Assembly: GCA_964016885.1 (NCBI GenBank)
Contig: OZ024746.1
Location: forward strand, 93,248,001-93,312,000
Origin: Eledone cirrhosa
Taxonomy: Eukaryota
Direction: 5' to 3'
DNA: 64,000 bases
Under the pieces are notes generated by a model. The model had not been told where the DNA came from and searched no databases. It saw only the letters and a program-made list of their open reading frames with translations. This document shows, in pieces, positions 48,330-62,175 of this stretch. Both the position numbers and the translations under genes were made by a program. How positions within the stretch are numbered: the stretch's first letter is position 1; every line of letters starts with the position of its first letter.

Positions 48330-49320
48330 CACCTACATGACCACTTTACAGTGTAGACTGGTTGCTTTTGGTCATGTCACCTACATGACCACTTTACAGT
48401 GTGGATTGGTTGCTTTTGATCGTGACACCTACATGACCACTTTACAGTGTAGACTGGTTGCTTTTGATTGAGACACTTACACGACCACTATACAGTGTGG
48501 ACTGGTTGCTTTTGATCGAGACACTTACACGACCACTATACAGTGTGGACTGGGTGCTTTTGATCGAGACACTTACACGACCACTATACAGTGTGGACTG
48601 GGTGCTTTTGATCGAGACACTTACACGACCACTATACAGTGTGGACTGGGTGCTTTTTGTTGAGACACTTACATTACCACTTTACAGTGTGGACTGGTTG
48701 CTTTTGATCGAGACACTTACACGACCACTATACAGTGTGGACTGGGTGCTTTTAATCGAGACACTTACACGACCACTATACAGTGTGGACTGGGTGCTTT
48801 TGATCGAGACACTTACACGACCACTTTACAGTGTGGACTGGTTGCTTTTGATTGAGACACTTACACGACCACTATACAGTGTGGACTGGTTGCTTTTAAT
48901 CGAGACACTTACATGACCACTTTATAGTGTGGACTGGGTGCTTTTGATTGAGACACTTACATGACCACTTTACAGTGTGGACTGGCTGCTTTTGATTGAG
49001 ACACTTACACGACCACTTTACAGTGTGGACTGGTTGCTTTTGATTGAGACACTTACACGACCACTATACAGTGTGGACTGGTTGCTTTTAATCGAGACAC
49101 TTACACGACCACTTTATAGTGTGGACTGGTTGCTTTTGATTGAGACACTTACACGACCACTTTACAGTGTGGACTGGCTGCTTTTGATTGAGACACTTAC
49201 ACGACCACTTTACAGTGTGGACTGGCTGCTTTTGATCGAGACACTTACACGACCACTTTATAGTGTGGACTGGGTGCTTTTTGTCGAGACACTTACACGA
49301 CCATTTTATAGTGTGGACTG
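48330..49320. repeat. 48-bp minisatellite, about 20 copies
   Basis: Unit gagacacttacacgaccactwtacagtgtggactggktgcttttgatc; grows out of the SINE at 48085-48330. Confidence 0.96.
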
Positions 49321-49471
49321 AATATCATTGAATTAATTTGTTTTACATTATTTAACCAAAAGGATAGAACTAATGAATTGTTTTGCTGCAAATGATGTTG
49401 ATGTGAACACATCAGTCCACAACACAGTTTCCTTAACAATGTCACTTATTTATAACTTTTTATTATTACAG

Positions 49472-49579
49472 TATAGTACTGGCTGGCGATTTAAAAAACG
49501 ACCTGGTATAGATTATTTATTAAAGCAAGTTGGTCCACCCTTATTTGAAGTAGTTATTTACACTTCAGAACAAGGATAT
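49472..49579 (+). CDS. TIMM50: TIMM50 exon 6
   Basis: [36 protein letters not shown]; ag/gt boundaries, 108 nt. Confidence 0.96.
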
Positions 49580-50379
49580 GTAAGTATTGTTTTCGATAAT
49601 TTGTTGTTGAAGATTGATACAACTCTCCAGTGTAGAAGTATGGTTCTGTCAGTGTGCTGTGCTGTTGAGTGTCACCTTGATAGAGGATTATTGAAATTAA
49701 GAGCAACGAATGCTATGTCAAATACTAATTTTAGTTGTTGTTTAACCTCAGCTCAAATGGTTGGTTCAAATGTATGTTAGTTGAATTATTTTTTTTTTTA
49801 GTGGGTAATATGGTATAAATGAGGAAGCAGTGAACTGGCAAAGTTGTTGGAATGTTAGAATAGTTTCCAGCTCTCTGCAGTTTTAGTTTAAATCCTGCCG
49901 AGGTCCATTTTGCTTTTCATCCTTTCATGTTTGATAAGAAAAAATACCAGCCCAATAATGCCATATTGAGGACTTGTCCAAACATGCAAACATAAAAATA
50001 TAGACATTAGCCCTTTAGTATTTACATTACTCTATATTTATTATTGTATTGTCGTGGTAAAGGCTTTACATTACATAATATCGATTCTATGAGATTTTGA
50101 TATTATTTATTTTGAGATTATTTATTTTGAGAACAATACCTATCAGTAGCCAGTTACGGTCGGTTTGAATTGAAAGAAGTGAGGCAATTCTGGCTGGATA
50201 CAGCCGGTTTAAATGCTAAAGGGTTAAAGAGATGATCTTGCAGTGGGATTTGACCCGAGACCTAATTGTTGCAAAGCAGACTTCTTAACCATTCAGCCAA
50301 GCTGTGTACATGTGCTCAATATGCTGTAAAAGAGTAAGAACTTTGTACTGTGAAGCGAATGTAAACAGTGGATGCATAA

Positions 50380-50566
50380 GAAATGTGGTGAGATCAGACA
50401 AATTGACGGAGAAGGACTTCGTTTAGGAATAGTGAACAGTAAGAGTACCCATGAAAATAATTAATTCAAATGCTTAGAAGACTCCCTAGAAATAGCTAAC
50501 AACTTGTGTTGCCTGGGTGATTGTAGCCAGAATATGAAAAAGATGGAAAATGTTCAGAGCTCTTCA

Positions 50567-50600
<34 letters not shown>

Positions 50601-50830
50601 AAGAGTAGATCATATGAACCTTGTGTACAATGTGGCTATGAAAGATGGGCATTGAACATGGAATATCTGTAAAGGTTGGAAAGAAAACCGAGATTGCTTT
50701 CCTGAATGTGTAATGTTAGTTTAACTGAACAAATGAGCTGAGAGAAAATCTGTATATAAGAGGAATCAGATGCAGTGTGCAAGAGAGAAGACTGATCTGG
50801 TATGGACCTGTAATACTTAGAGGATGAAAA
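50380..50830 (+). mobile_element. Highly decayed RTE fragment
   Basis: Remnants of IRGIRCSVQERRLIWYG. Confidence 0.7.
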
Positions 50831-51662
50831 TGAGGTTAAAATAGCTCCAGGAAAAAAAACATAACATTAATTAAATTATCTCATACTCTCAGGACCCTTA
50901 ATATAGGCGAAGGGGAGTTGGAAAGTCGGTAATTCTTATAGGTTGTCTGTTGAATTAAAAAAATTTTTTTTGTAATATATGGGATTTATAGTAACGTAAT
51001 TTTTTTGTCGTGTATAATGTTTTTTAATGTTTAAAGAAAATTAATTGTCGCAAGAATGCTACTACTTAAAATAAAATTTTGTTGGAGATAGATTTGTAAA
51101 ATTTAATAAGCGGGGTGGAGTTGAAAAAAATCTGAAAAAATAATAAACGTTTGCGATTATTCGAGACACTAGAGTAGTTGTATATCACTATTTCTAGTTG
51201 AAGTAACATTTTTAAAGAATATAAGAATTATTTCCCTTGGACGAAGACTTGCAGTTTTATTATTATTTATTTTATATTTTATTTTTGGTAGAAATTTGTA
51301 CATTAAAAAGTTAAAGCTTGTCCCAGGTATTTCTTATCCCAATAACAGAGGTCCCTAACCACCCATTTTAAACGTTTCCAATTTAAATTAAAATCTTCCA
51401 ACATAATTTTATATAAGAACCATACATTAAGTTACTATCTTAGTAATGAAATAATTAATGATTTTAGTAAATCCCTCAAAATTCTTCATTAATTAAAATA
51501 AAGTGTATTTCATTAGAAATGCAGCCATGAAAGGGTTAAAGCTTATGTAACTAGACACATGAGAAATGCTTTATCTCTGAATTTATAAAACTCCCCCTTT
51601 CTATATCTGCATCTCTTCAAATATATATATAAAACTGTATCGTTTTTCATTTGTCTTTACAG

Positions 51663-51761
51663 AACGCTGACCCTATAGTTAATAATCTCGATCCAAATGG
51701 TTTTATCATGTACCGTCTTTACAGAGATGCAACTCGTTACATGGATGGTCATCATGTTAAG
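51663..51761 (+). CDS. TIMM50: TIMM50 exon 7
   Basis: [33 protein letters not shown]; ag/gt boundaries, 99 nt. Confidence 0.96.
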
Positions 51762-51889
51762 GTGAGTCGGTCAAACACACACTCAAATGAGACTGACAAA
51801 GACAAAAATATATTTTTTATTTTTCTATTTTGTTTATTCTTGTATAGATTAAGGAAGATGTTTAATAATCAGTTCTGCTTTACTATTGT

Positions 51890-52660
51890 CCACACTGTAA
51901 GTGGTTGGCGCTAGGAAGGACACCGAGCAGCCGTAAAAACCCAGCCGAAATGTGACCCGGTAAGAGCAAGGTATAATGCGGCCAACTGCCCAGAAGACTT
52001 GTCTCATACAGGGACCACCCAAACCCCCACTATAAATATGGTTGGTGTTAGGAAGGGCATTCTAGCAGCTGTAAAAATCTTAAGCCAAAACACAGGCGTT
52101 GCTATGAGAAATGTCTGGTTTGGCCAACAGGCAAGACCCTCCCCATAACGAGAACACGCAGGTCCATATTGTAAATGTGGTAGCTGTTAGGAAGGACATC
52201 TAGCAGCCATAAGAACCCAGCTATGGTACAGTCCCATATAAGCAAGGTATGGTGTGGCCAGAGTTGCCTCATAAGTGTGACCATCTAGTCTCACACTGTA
52301 AATGTAGTTGGTGTTAGGAAATGCGTCCAGCAGCTGTAAAAATCCCAAGCCATAACACAGGCCCTACTATGAGCAAGGTTTGACGCAGCCAACTGGCCAG
52401 AACTACCTCATTGCTGGTCCACCCAGCTCCCCCATCAATTGGCCAGACCCCTCTCATAACAGGACCACCAAGTTCCACACTCTCAGTGTTCTAGTTGGTG
52501 TTAAGAAGGGTATCCAGCTGTAAAAAAAACTGGGCAAAATACAGTTCCGTTTGCGCAAGGTACAGCACGACCAAATGGTCAGACTTGCCTCATAGCATGG
52601 ACAACCCGTCTGACCCAGACATACATAGAAAATAAGATGCTAAACAGTGATGATGAAGAT
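51890..52660 (+). repeat. Degenerate tandem array (about 120-130 bp units) of the SINE/RTE-shared 3' module
   Basis: ggttggtgttaggaagggcatccagcagctgtaaaa recurs 5 times and the array ends in a (GAT)n tail. Confidence 0.8.
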
Positions 52661-54289
52661 ATTTATTGATACACTAAACAGAATATTTGTGAAGGTGCAT
52701 TGCTTAATGGTTAAGATATTTCACTGACTATTGTAAGGTTATGAGTTTGATTCCCAGCGGTTTGATGTGTCCTTGAACAAGACACTTTATTTCATGTTGC
52801 TCCAGTCAGCTTAACTGGCAATTAATGTAATTTGAAGGATTAACCATGTCACATTCTGTGTCACACTGAATCTCCGAGAACTATGTTCAGGATACAAGTG
52901 TCTGGAATGCTCAGCCACCTACTCATTAATTCCATGAGTAGGCTGTATCATTGATCCAACCAACTAGAAGACTTGGTAACCGGAGGAGTGCCAAACAACA
53001 GCGCCAAACAGCATATTTTCAATGATAGAAATACACAGCATGGCCTCACCCAAATGGCTGGAACAGGTAAAAGACTTTATAGTATATAGAAAGTCAAGAA
53101 GTATAATACTCTATAGTATATTTCCAATTTGATAGTATCTTGATCAGTATCTAATGTTCTATAGTTAATATTTTACTTAAGTATATTTATACTATTAACA
53201 ATAACTGTTGCTATTTGGTATAAAGTTTACCAGAGGGTTTAAAGCTTGATGCAATGGAGTTCATGCAGAGCTGATATATAAAGATTGAAAAGCACCATGT
53301 GTTAGTTTAAAAGCATATTGGCTCTTTGGTGCTTTTTATTCTTTATATAAGTATATTTATATATGTATTATTAAGTTTGAAAGTAGAGGCAATGGAGAGA
53401 GTAGTTCCAGCCAGATCATGTCAACAAAATCTCTATACGATTTAAATACACAGCAAGTCTCCGTTTTCCGATTGGCTAAAATACACTCAGCCCACTCTGT
53501 AAAGTGGTAATGCTAGTGCTATGATAAAATACATGTATCCCACTGGGAGCTGCATCTCGTTTACATACATTCCTGCACTCTCTATGTGCATTTTCATGGC
53601 ATTAGCACTAGGGAATATGTCATGTTTCTGATGCAACTGAAAATTCATCTTGCTCCCCCTTGTTTGGAAAGTTTTCTATAACTGGATACCCATTCTATCA
53701 CCAGTTACTTTACAGAATATATGGGTGCACTGTCACCAACATTAGAGGGGTTGCCATAGCCTTGACACAATTGAAGTGAATGTATGTGAAATAACATCTT
53801 GAATCTTTATTACGGATGGTTTCTACGACTGGATACCCTTCCGATCACCAATTATCTTACTGGCTGCAATATTTAACAAGATTCTTTTTCCTATGTTCAC
53901 TAAATTATACAATTGTTAGAATAGGCTTGAAATGGATGTTTTACAGTAAAACTTGTTCTGTTAAATATTATATAAGTGGCAACGTGGTTGTTAGGAAGAG
54001 CATCCAGCTGTAAAAAACCCTGGCCAAATTTACAGTCCTGTCGGAACAAGCTACGGTATGACCAATTCTGGCCAGACTTGCCTCTCAACACGGTTGACCA
54101 GTCAAACCCATGTAAGCATGGAAAATGGACGTTAAATAGTGATGATGAAGGCAAATTAGAGTGTTGGATAGAAGACCTCTGGTTCTCTGCAGTCTGAGTT
54201 CAAATTGCATTGAGGCCAACTTTGCCATTCGTCCTTTCAGCATTGTTGGTGTCCTCTTTTGGCTGTAGTCAAATTTGGAAGGGAACGAC

Positions 54290-54830
54290 AGTCACCAGGT
54301 TTAAAATTTCGTGGGAAGTGGAGGACATTTCTGTACCGGCACGTGCGGCAGATCGCTATGAGGTGGGAAGCTCTGTTGGAAACGTGTTGGTCCGATGCCT
54401 TACTCTCGTTCGACGCAGTGACTGGAAGAGGCCCTGTGGCAGGCCCCATAGCAAATGGCTGGATGTTATCAGGGAAGATCTCCAAAGGCTTAACGTCGCC
54501 TTAGAAGATGCAGAGAAGCTGGCACAGGCCGCTTGTGGACCTGATTGGCTCTACCCAGGATGATGGAAAATAAAAAAAAAGCTGCTTGCAGATGAATGAA
54601 ACTGGCGGGGCACTGCATCCGTCATCCAGAAGAAATAGCATCACAACTTGTGCACTGGAAAACGGCGGTCGGATGAAGAAGTGTGGGAAGACAGGCCGTC
54701 TCATTCATTGATACCCTGCTGAGAGATGCCAACATTGATAACATCGATGAACTGAGAAATGTCATGCTCGACCGGGATGATTGGAGAAAGCGTGCTGAAT
54801 CTTTGTGCGTGTAAACTCAGCCGAAGAAGA
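54290..54830 (+). mobile_element. RTE-like LINE 3' fragments
   Basis: WKRPCGRPHSKWLDVIREDLQ; a second piece with DRDDWRK ending in a gaa-rich tail. Confidence 0.65.
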
Positions 54831-55315
54831 CGACAAAGATGGTTTGGGATCGCTGGCTTAGGTTGACCCCCAGCCTTGTTGAGCCAGAAGAAGGTTTAAA
54901 ATGCCCATGATATGTATGTCATAGCGGCATCCCTATAACTTCTTTAGGTGTTAAAAGAATCAGTGGTCACTAAGTGAAATATTGTTTGTTATTTATATCT
55001 GGTTGTAGGGCGGTGGATTGGCAGTATCGGTAGGGGGTTGGACGCCATGCTTTACCGCATAGAGTTACGGCCCTTTATGATCTTAGTTCAAATCCATCCG
55101 AGGTTAACTTTGCCTTTCATCCTTACGAGGTCGATAAAATAAAGTACCAGTCACGCACTGGGGTCAATTTCATCGACTTTTCCCTCCCCCAAAATTGCTG
55201 GCCTTGTGCCCATATAAGAAGCTGTTATTTATATCTGGTTGTTGTTCTGGAACTATTTTATATCTATTATAAATGTTTTGAAAGTGTTTAAATGTTTAAT
55301 TTCAATTTTTTCCAG

Positions 55316-55472
55316 GATCTTTCTTGTTTAAACCGAGATCTGTCCAAGGTAATAATTGTAGACTGGAGTGAGAGTTCAACCAGGCTTCAAAAACAAAATA
55401 GATTTTTACTAAAACGATGGACAGGAGATGATAATGATCGAACACTTATAGACCTGGCTAATTTCCTAAGAA
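55316..55472 (+). CDS. TIMM50: TIMM50 exon 8 (remaining exons not found in window)
   Basis: DLSCLNRDLSKVIIVDW...WTGDDNDRTLIDLANFLR; tccag| acceptor, A|gtaagt donor; 157 nt. Confidence 0.96.
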
Positions 55473-55644
55473 GTAAGTTATATTAATTTCTTTTAAACCC
55501 TAAGATATAACAGGACATTATACAATGCATGTTGAGGAAGTATCAAACCTTGTCCTGCGGTATCCATGGCACAAAATGGAAAGGTCTGGTAGATGTTATT
55601 TCATAGACACTATTGCCTACCTTGAATCTGGATACTGGCCTGGA

Positions 55645-56015
55645 ATCATCATCATCGTCATTTTACGTCTGCTTTTCCCTGCTTGCAAGGGTTGGACGGG
55701 TCCTATTCAGCACAGCATCTCTCCACCTGTCACGGTCCTTCGTCATCTCCTCGGTGAGTTTCAGCGATCTAAGGTCTGCTCTCACCACCTCCGCCCATGT
55801 TTTTCGTGGTCTACCTCTACTGCGTCTTCCTTCTACTGGGATTTCTTGGCACTTCTTTACCCAGCGGTCATCCTCCATGCGCATCACATGTCCATACCAT
55901 CTCAGCCTTCTTTCCTGCACACCACAACTTATCCCTCTTATACCCAGTTTTTTTCTCAACTCGTCTATACTTGGTTGTTCACACACATTGACATTGCACA
56001 TCCAATGGAGCATAC
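55645..56015 (-). mobile_element. Well-preserved RTE LINE 3' terminus
   Basis: RRLRWYGHVMRM...RGRPRKTW...DRDRWRDAVLNRTRPTLASREKQT* followed by (GAT)n. Confidence 0.92.
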
Positions 56016-56061
56016 TTGAAGGTGGCAATCTACTAATATAATAGCAATGTATATTTGTTCA

Positions 56062-56505
56062 TCACACACTAGAGATGGGTGAGGAAGGAAAGGGTGATGA
56101 TGTCATGCACTAGAGATGACTGAGGAAGGAAGGGGTGATGACGTCACACACTAGAGATGACTGAGGAAGGAAGGGGTGATAACGTCACACACTAGAGATG
56201 GGTGAGGAAGGAAAGGGTGATGTCATGCACTAGAGATGACTGAGGAAGGAAAGGGTGATGACGTCACACACGAGATGAGTGAGGAAGGAAAGGGTGATGA
56301 CGTCACATACTAGAGATGACTGAGGAAGGAAAGGGTGATGACGTCACACACGAGATGAGTGAGGAAGGAAAGGGTGATGACGTCACATACTAGAGATGAC
56401 TGAGGAAGGAAGGGGTGATAACGTCACACACTAGAGATGAGTGAGGAAGGAAAGAGTGATGACGTCACACACTAGAGATGACTGAGGAAAGAAGGGGTGA
56501 TGACA
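56062..56505. repeat. About 41-bp minisatellite containing TGACGTCA
   Basis: About 11 units of cactagagatgactgaggaaggaagggtgatgacgtcaca. Confidence 0.95.
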
Positions 56506-57211
56506 AACTACAGAAAGCAGCCTCTAACATTCTCTACACCTGTGTGTATATGTATAGCAAATTGGCTACACATTAGTTGTTATGATTATGTGAGTAATAG
56601 TGTGTGTGTATATGTGTGTTTGTGTAAATTATATTTATATATAATATTTGTGTGAGTGTATATGTGTTTGTGTGTGTGTTTATTTAGAAAGATACATCGA
56701 CAATAGAATTACAAGCACACACAGTAGAATTACAAGCACACTTGTGTGTGTATATGTGTAGCGATTTGGTTACACATATTGGCTGTGTGTTTGTATCACT
56801 TATGTGAGTGAGCATGAAGGAACTAACCAACAAACAAACAGACATCTCTTTTTTATATTATGTATAGATCTTACAATTAGCAGTCATTTTTGACGACATG
56901 GGGCCAGCTAGTGACTAATATATTATCTGATTTACCATGCTTGTATGGTTTGAATAAGTCTCACGGTAGTTTGCTACTTGTTTGCAGTGTTTCATTATCT
57001 CACAGAGAAAAACACCAATCTTTCTAGTTTGTGTGTGATGGTTTTTGCAGTTTGATACACTTCTTATTATTAACCATTTTACAACATAGGCTCAATACAT
57101 TTTGTACCATCAGAAAATTAGATAGTCCCTTCATTCCTCAATCATTTGATTCTGTTTAATCTAAGTTATTTCCCTTACATCCGTTTGTATTTACACATTA
57201 AAAGTACTTAA

Positions 57212-57409
57212 CCCTTTAGCATTCACATTACTCTATATATACTATTATATTTTCATGGTAAAGGCTTTATCTCACATAATATTGAATCTATGAGATTTTG
57301 AAAGTATTTATTTTGAGAACAATACCTTAACATCAGTATGAGTGGCCAGTTACAGCCAGTTTGAACAGAAAGAGGTGAGAGAATTCTGGCCGGTTTGAAC
57401 ATTAAAGGG
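57212..57409 (-). mobile_element. MITE family A copy
   Basis: Reverse-oriented full copy with TTAA flanks. Confidence 0.85.
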
Positions 57410-57695
57410 TTAATACATCTAGTAATATATACAGTGTATCCCCGGCAGTCACAGTCCCGGTTATTTGTGGGATTTTCCTTAGAACCTAACTAATAATTGT
57501 TCGTGGAACCCACTGTCCATTCACGGAATTGAAGATATCTTCCCCGATTTTTTAATGGTTTTTTTCGCGGCAAAATTTTGGCCTATATGTTTTGACATTT
57601 ATAGGAAATTTTTATGGACCATGCCCATTATTTGCGGTTTTTCACTCTTCGCTGGTGCTCTAGGAACATAACCCCTGTGAATACCGTGAGAGAAC

Positions 57696-57742
<47 letters not shown>

Positions 57743-59454
57743 CGTGTAGGTCCATGCTGTAAAGTGGTCGTGTAGGTAACACGGTAAAAAGTTCCCAGTT
57801 CCACACTGTAAATGTGGTTTTTGTTAGGAAGGGCATCCAGCCGTAGAAAACCTGCCAGATAGTCCTATATGAGTGAGACAACCTTGCCTCAAGTGGGACA
57901 ACTCCCGTCTAACCCATGCTAGCGTGGAAGATGGACGTTAAATGAAGATGACGATGATGATGATATATATATATACGCACACACACACACACCTTACTAA
58001 TAACGTATTAGTTGACAGAAAAACGGTATTAAAAAAATCTCATCCAACCCAAGCTACCATGGAAAGAAAGCTCCACAACTCCTGGTGGGGTTGTATGGAC
58101 ACTGTGGGTGGAAAGCAGATTTAATAATGTTTGTGTACGTAGTGTTATATTGCATGGTAGCAAAAGAAAGGTATTGAATGTGCAAGATGAGAGAAAGCTG
58201 GAGAGAAATAGTAGTGTTCTCCTAGATATGTAAAATGTCCGAATGCTGATAAGAAATGAAGCTGCTCTGTAGTGACACTTCTTGATTTCTTGGGTATTTT
58301 AAACTTGGCGGAGCCCATCCCTCTCCAAGTCTGAACACAGCCGATTACTTCCAGATAAGGAGAGAGTGAGAATGGAAATGAGGAAGAATTGGGCTCTAGT
58401 ACTAGACTGGTACTTTATTGACCTCAAAGGTATGTAAGGCAAAGTTGACCGCTATGAGTTTTGAGAGCTGGAATGAATGTAATAAAGCATTTTAACCACC
58501 CTTGAAATAGCTCTGCTAATTTGCACCTCATCATCATCATCATTTTATTTTATGTCTGCTTTTTCCCTGCTTGCAAGGGTGGGACAGGAACTGATTCTGG
58601 CTTGATTTCTACAGCTGGATGCCCTTCCTAACACCAACCTCATTTACAGTGAGTGCTGGGTGCTTTTTTGCCGTGGCACCTCCACGACCATTTTACAGTG
58701 GAACGATATGGACCCCAGTCCCTATCATCTCATTTCTACAGCTGAGTAAACTGGAGCAATGTGAAATAAAGTGTCTTGCTCAAGGAAACAACACATCACC
58801 CGGTCTGAGAATTGAACTCACAACCTTTCGATTGCAAGGCCAATGCTCTAACCACTAAACCATGTGCCTCCATATACCTCAGTATGGAAAAAGTCTAAAG
58901 TCTGTTCTGAGCCCGGAAGCTCATCAGCCTGGAGCTTATCCCAGTTTCCATGGTGTTAAGCGACTGAGAGTACAGTACTCCCCCCTGGTCAGGACGCCAG
59001 TCCATCACAGGGTTAAACTCCCAGCTATTTCTAGTACTCATTTTCAGTTCAGTATACTGGGGTAATGTGAAATGAAGTGTTTTTGCACAAGATCACAACT
59101 CACAACCCAGTCCAGGAATTGAACCCATGATGCTATGGTTGTAAGGCCAACGACCTTAAAAATAATCGTTTCTATTTTTGGCACAATTACCCCAGTGCAT
59201 TACTGGTACTTTATTTTATCGACCCCGTAAGGATGAAAGGCAAAGTTAACCTTGGCAGGATTTGAACTCAGACCATAAAGGGCCGTAACTCTTTGCTGCA
59301 AAGCATGGTGTCCGACCCTCTACCAATACTGCCAATCCACAACCTTAAAAATAATGATGATAATTTGTTCCTTTACTGGTATGGATGTAAAGCGGTGTTG
59401 ATGATGATGATTATATATATATATATATATGTATGTGTATTTATGAGTGTGTGT

Positions 59455-60690
59455 ATCATCATCATCATCATCATCAGGTTTAGCGTCCGTGTTCCACACT
59501 TGCATGGGTTTGGACGGGGGTTTTCCCACTTGAGGCAAGAGTGGTTGTCTTGCTCGCATAGGACTGTCTGGCGGGTTTTCTACAGTTGGATGCCCTTCCT
59601 AACACCAACCACATTTACAGTGTGGGGCTGGGAGGTTTTTACCGTGTTGCCTACACGGCCACATTACAGCGTGGACTGTCTGGCGGGTTTTCTACAGCTG
59701 GATGCCCTTCCTAACACCAACCACATTTACAGTGTGGGGCTGGGAGGTTTTTACCGTGTTGCCTACACGGCCACATTTACAGCGTGGACTGTGTGTTTTT
59801 TGTCGTGACACCTACACGATCTCATTTGTTTCGGCCTGGATGTTGTGGGACCAACATAACTTTACATTGAAAGGGGCGGTGTGGGTGGGGTGGAGGTGGT
59901 GGGACGGGGGTGTGTTTTGATAGAGGTGCCTACTGACTGTAGTAGGTTTTTACTTTGTATTTAGGTAAGGCGGGTCTTCTCTATTACTGAGTACCGCCAA
60001 AGGTCTCGGTCCAGTGACATTGTCTTGGAGAGGTGTAAGCGTGTGAGGTCGGAATTTATCAGCTCGTCCCATGTTTTTCTGGGTCTGCCTACTCCGTGGC
60101 TACCGTCTATCTTTATTGCCCTGCACTTTGTTATACAGCTGTCGTCTTTCATGCGCATCACGTGACCGTACCAACGTAGCCTTCTCTCGAGTAAACAACA
60201 TCTGATCCCTCTTATTTCTAATTTTTTCCTTAGTTCGTTTATGCTTTGCCGTTCACGTATATTACTATTGCACATCCAGCGGAGCATGCAAGCTTCGTTC
60301 CTCTCTAGTCTGCGTATATCCTCTGCACACAATGCCCAGGTCTCACTGCCATGCAGCATTGCTGTTCGTATGCAGGCATCGTATAACCTGCCTTTCATTT
60401 TTAGGGAGAACCCTCTAGCGGCTAATAGTGGTATAAGCTCTCTGAACTTTTTCCATCCAGTTCTGACTCTAGCTACTGCACTTTCAGAGCACCCTCCCCC
60501 ACTGCTGATTTTGTCACCCAGATAACGGAAGCTGTCCACTATTTCTATAGAACCCTCTGCGCAGTTGAAGGAGCTAGTATTTTGTGGGCACTTGCTGCTA
60601 CTTATTGCACCAGAGCACCGGCCACATGTAAAATCTATGTTCTTAGTTAGCTTACCTGTGATCCCACTACATCTTTTATGTATATATATG
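59455..60690 (-). mobile_element. RTE LINE: open C-terminal RT region (59961-60690) plus 3' tail
   Basis: VDSFRYLGDKI, KGRLYDACIRTAMLHGSETW, RRLRWYGHVMRM and GRPRKTW in one open frame; 5' truncated at a (TA)n tract. Confidence 0.93.
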
Positions 60691-60699
60691 CCCATCTTT

Positions 60700-60735
<36 letters not shown>

Positions 60736-61981
60736 TGTGTGTATGTGTATATATATATATATTTGTGCGTGTGTTTATATATATATATATATATATATAT
60801 GTGTTTATATGTGTGTATATATGTGTTTGTGTGCATACGTGTGTCATCATCATCATCGTTTAACGTCTATCTTCCATGCTAGCATGGGTTAGACAGGAGC
60901 ATGGGTTAGTGTGTGTATATATATATTTCATCATTTTACGTCCGCTTTTCCCTGCTTGCAAGGGTGGGACGGGAACTGATTCTAGCTTGATTTCTACAGC
61001 TGGATGCCCTTCCTAACACCAACCTCATTTACAGTGAGTGCTGGGTGCTCTTTTTCCATGGCGCCTACACAACCACTTTGCAGTATATATGTGTGTGTAT
61101 GTATGTGTGTGTGTGTATGTGTGTGTGTGTGTATTAATTAAAGCTCAAATGTGGTTTATTCTACATCCAGAACAGCGAGAGGTATTTCAGAGGTAAATCT
61201 AGTTGGTATATTTCCGGTCATCTTATATTTATAATCACAGGGCATATATTAACAAAGAAAATAGGTCTCCAAGTTCAACAGTTAATACATTATTTATTTG
61301 ATCTACTCATGTTTCATTCTTTATGGATATTAGGTTGTAGATTGGCAGTATTGGTAGAGGATTGAACGCCATGCTTTTCAGCAAAGAGTTACGGCCCTTT
61401 ATGGTCTGAGTTTAAATCCCGCTGAGGTTAACTTTGCCTTTCATCCTCACTGGTTTGATAAAATAAATTACCATGCACTGGGATAATTGCTGTCCTTGTG
61501 CCAAAAGTAGGAACAATTATTTACAATACTCTGAGTGAGAAATCAGGATCAATTATATATATAACATCAATTATATATACTAGCAGAAAAACCACTCTTC
61601 GGGTGATTTTCTGCTAGCATGTGTAGTGTGTATATTGATATTATATGCAAGTATATATGCATGTAGATATAATACATCAAATAAAATCGTAATTGACAAT
61701 ATACACAGAAATTGAACGAAGACTGTATTACACTGTCTTATGTAATCAGTAACGTAATCCATGATACATTAAAAAAAAAGACGATATTATATATAAACTG
61801 CATTAAGAGAAAATTAGTGAAGGAAATATGAGTATTTATTTAAGTGATCGCCACCGGAAGTGTTGACATTTGAAAATTTTTAAGAAGTGAATCTTTAAAT
61901 AAATAATAAAATATATTTAATGAACAGCCACGAAATTTAGAAGATAAATTATGTAATATTCATTCATTATTTATTCAAAGA

Positions 61982-62175
61982 AGGGCAGTGGATTGGCAGT
62001 ATCGGTAGAGGGTCGGGCGCCATGCTTTGAAGCATAGAGTTACCTCCCTTTATGATCTGAGTTCAAATCCCGCCGAGGTTAACTTTGCCTTTCATCCTTA
62101 CGGGGTCAATAAAATAAAGTACCAGTAATGCACTGGGATAATTGCTGGCCTGGTGCCAAAAGTAGAAACAATTAT
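61982..62175 (+). mobile_element. Near-consensus S1 SINE
   Basis: gggcagtggattggcagtatcggtagag...gagttcaaatcccgccgagg...gtagaaacaattatt. Confidence 0.88.

Noticed and set aside
48458-49321. ORFs of 152 and 114 aa with LLLIETLTRPLYSVDW repeats; possible CRISPR array
   Set aside because: Translation of a 48-bp SINE-derived minisatellite; no unique spacers and interrupted by stops.
60690-60836. N-terminal part of the 291-aa minus-strand ORF
   Set aside because: (TA/CA)n microsatellite read-through; only the RTE part is real.
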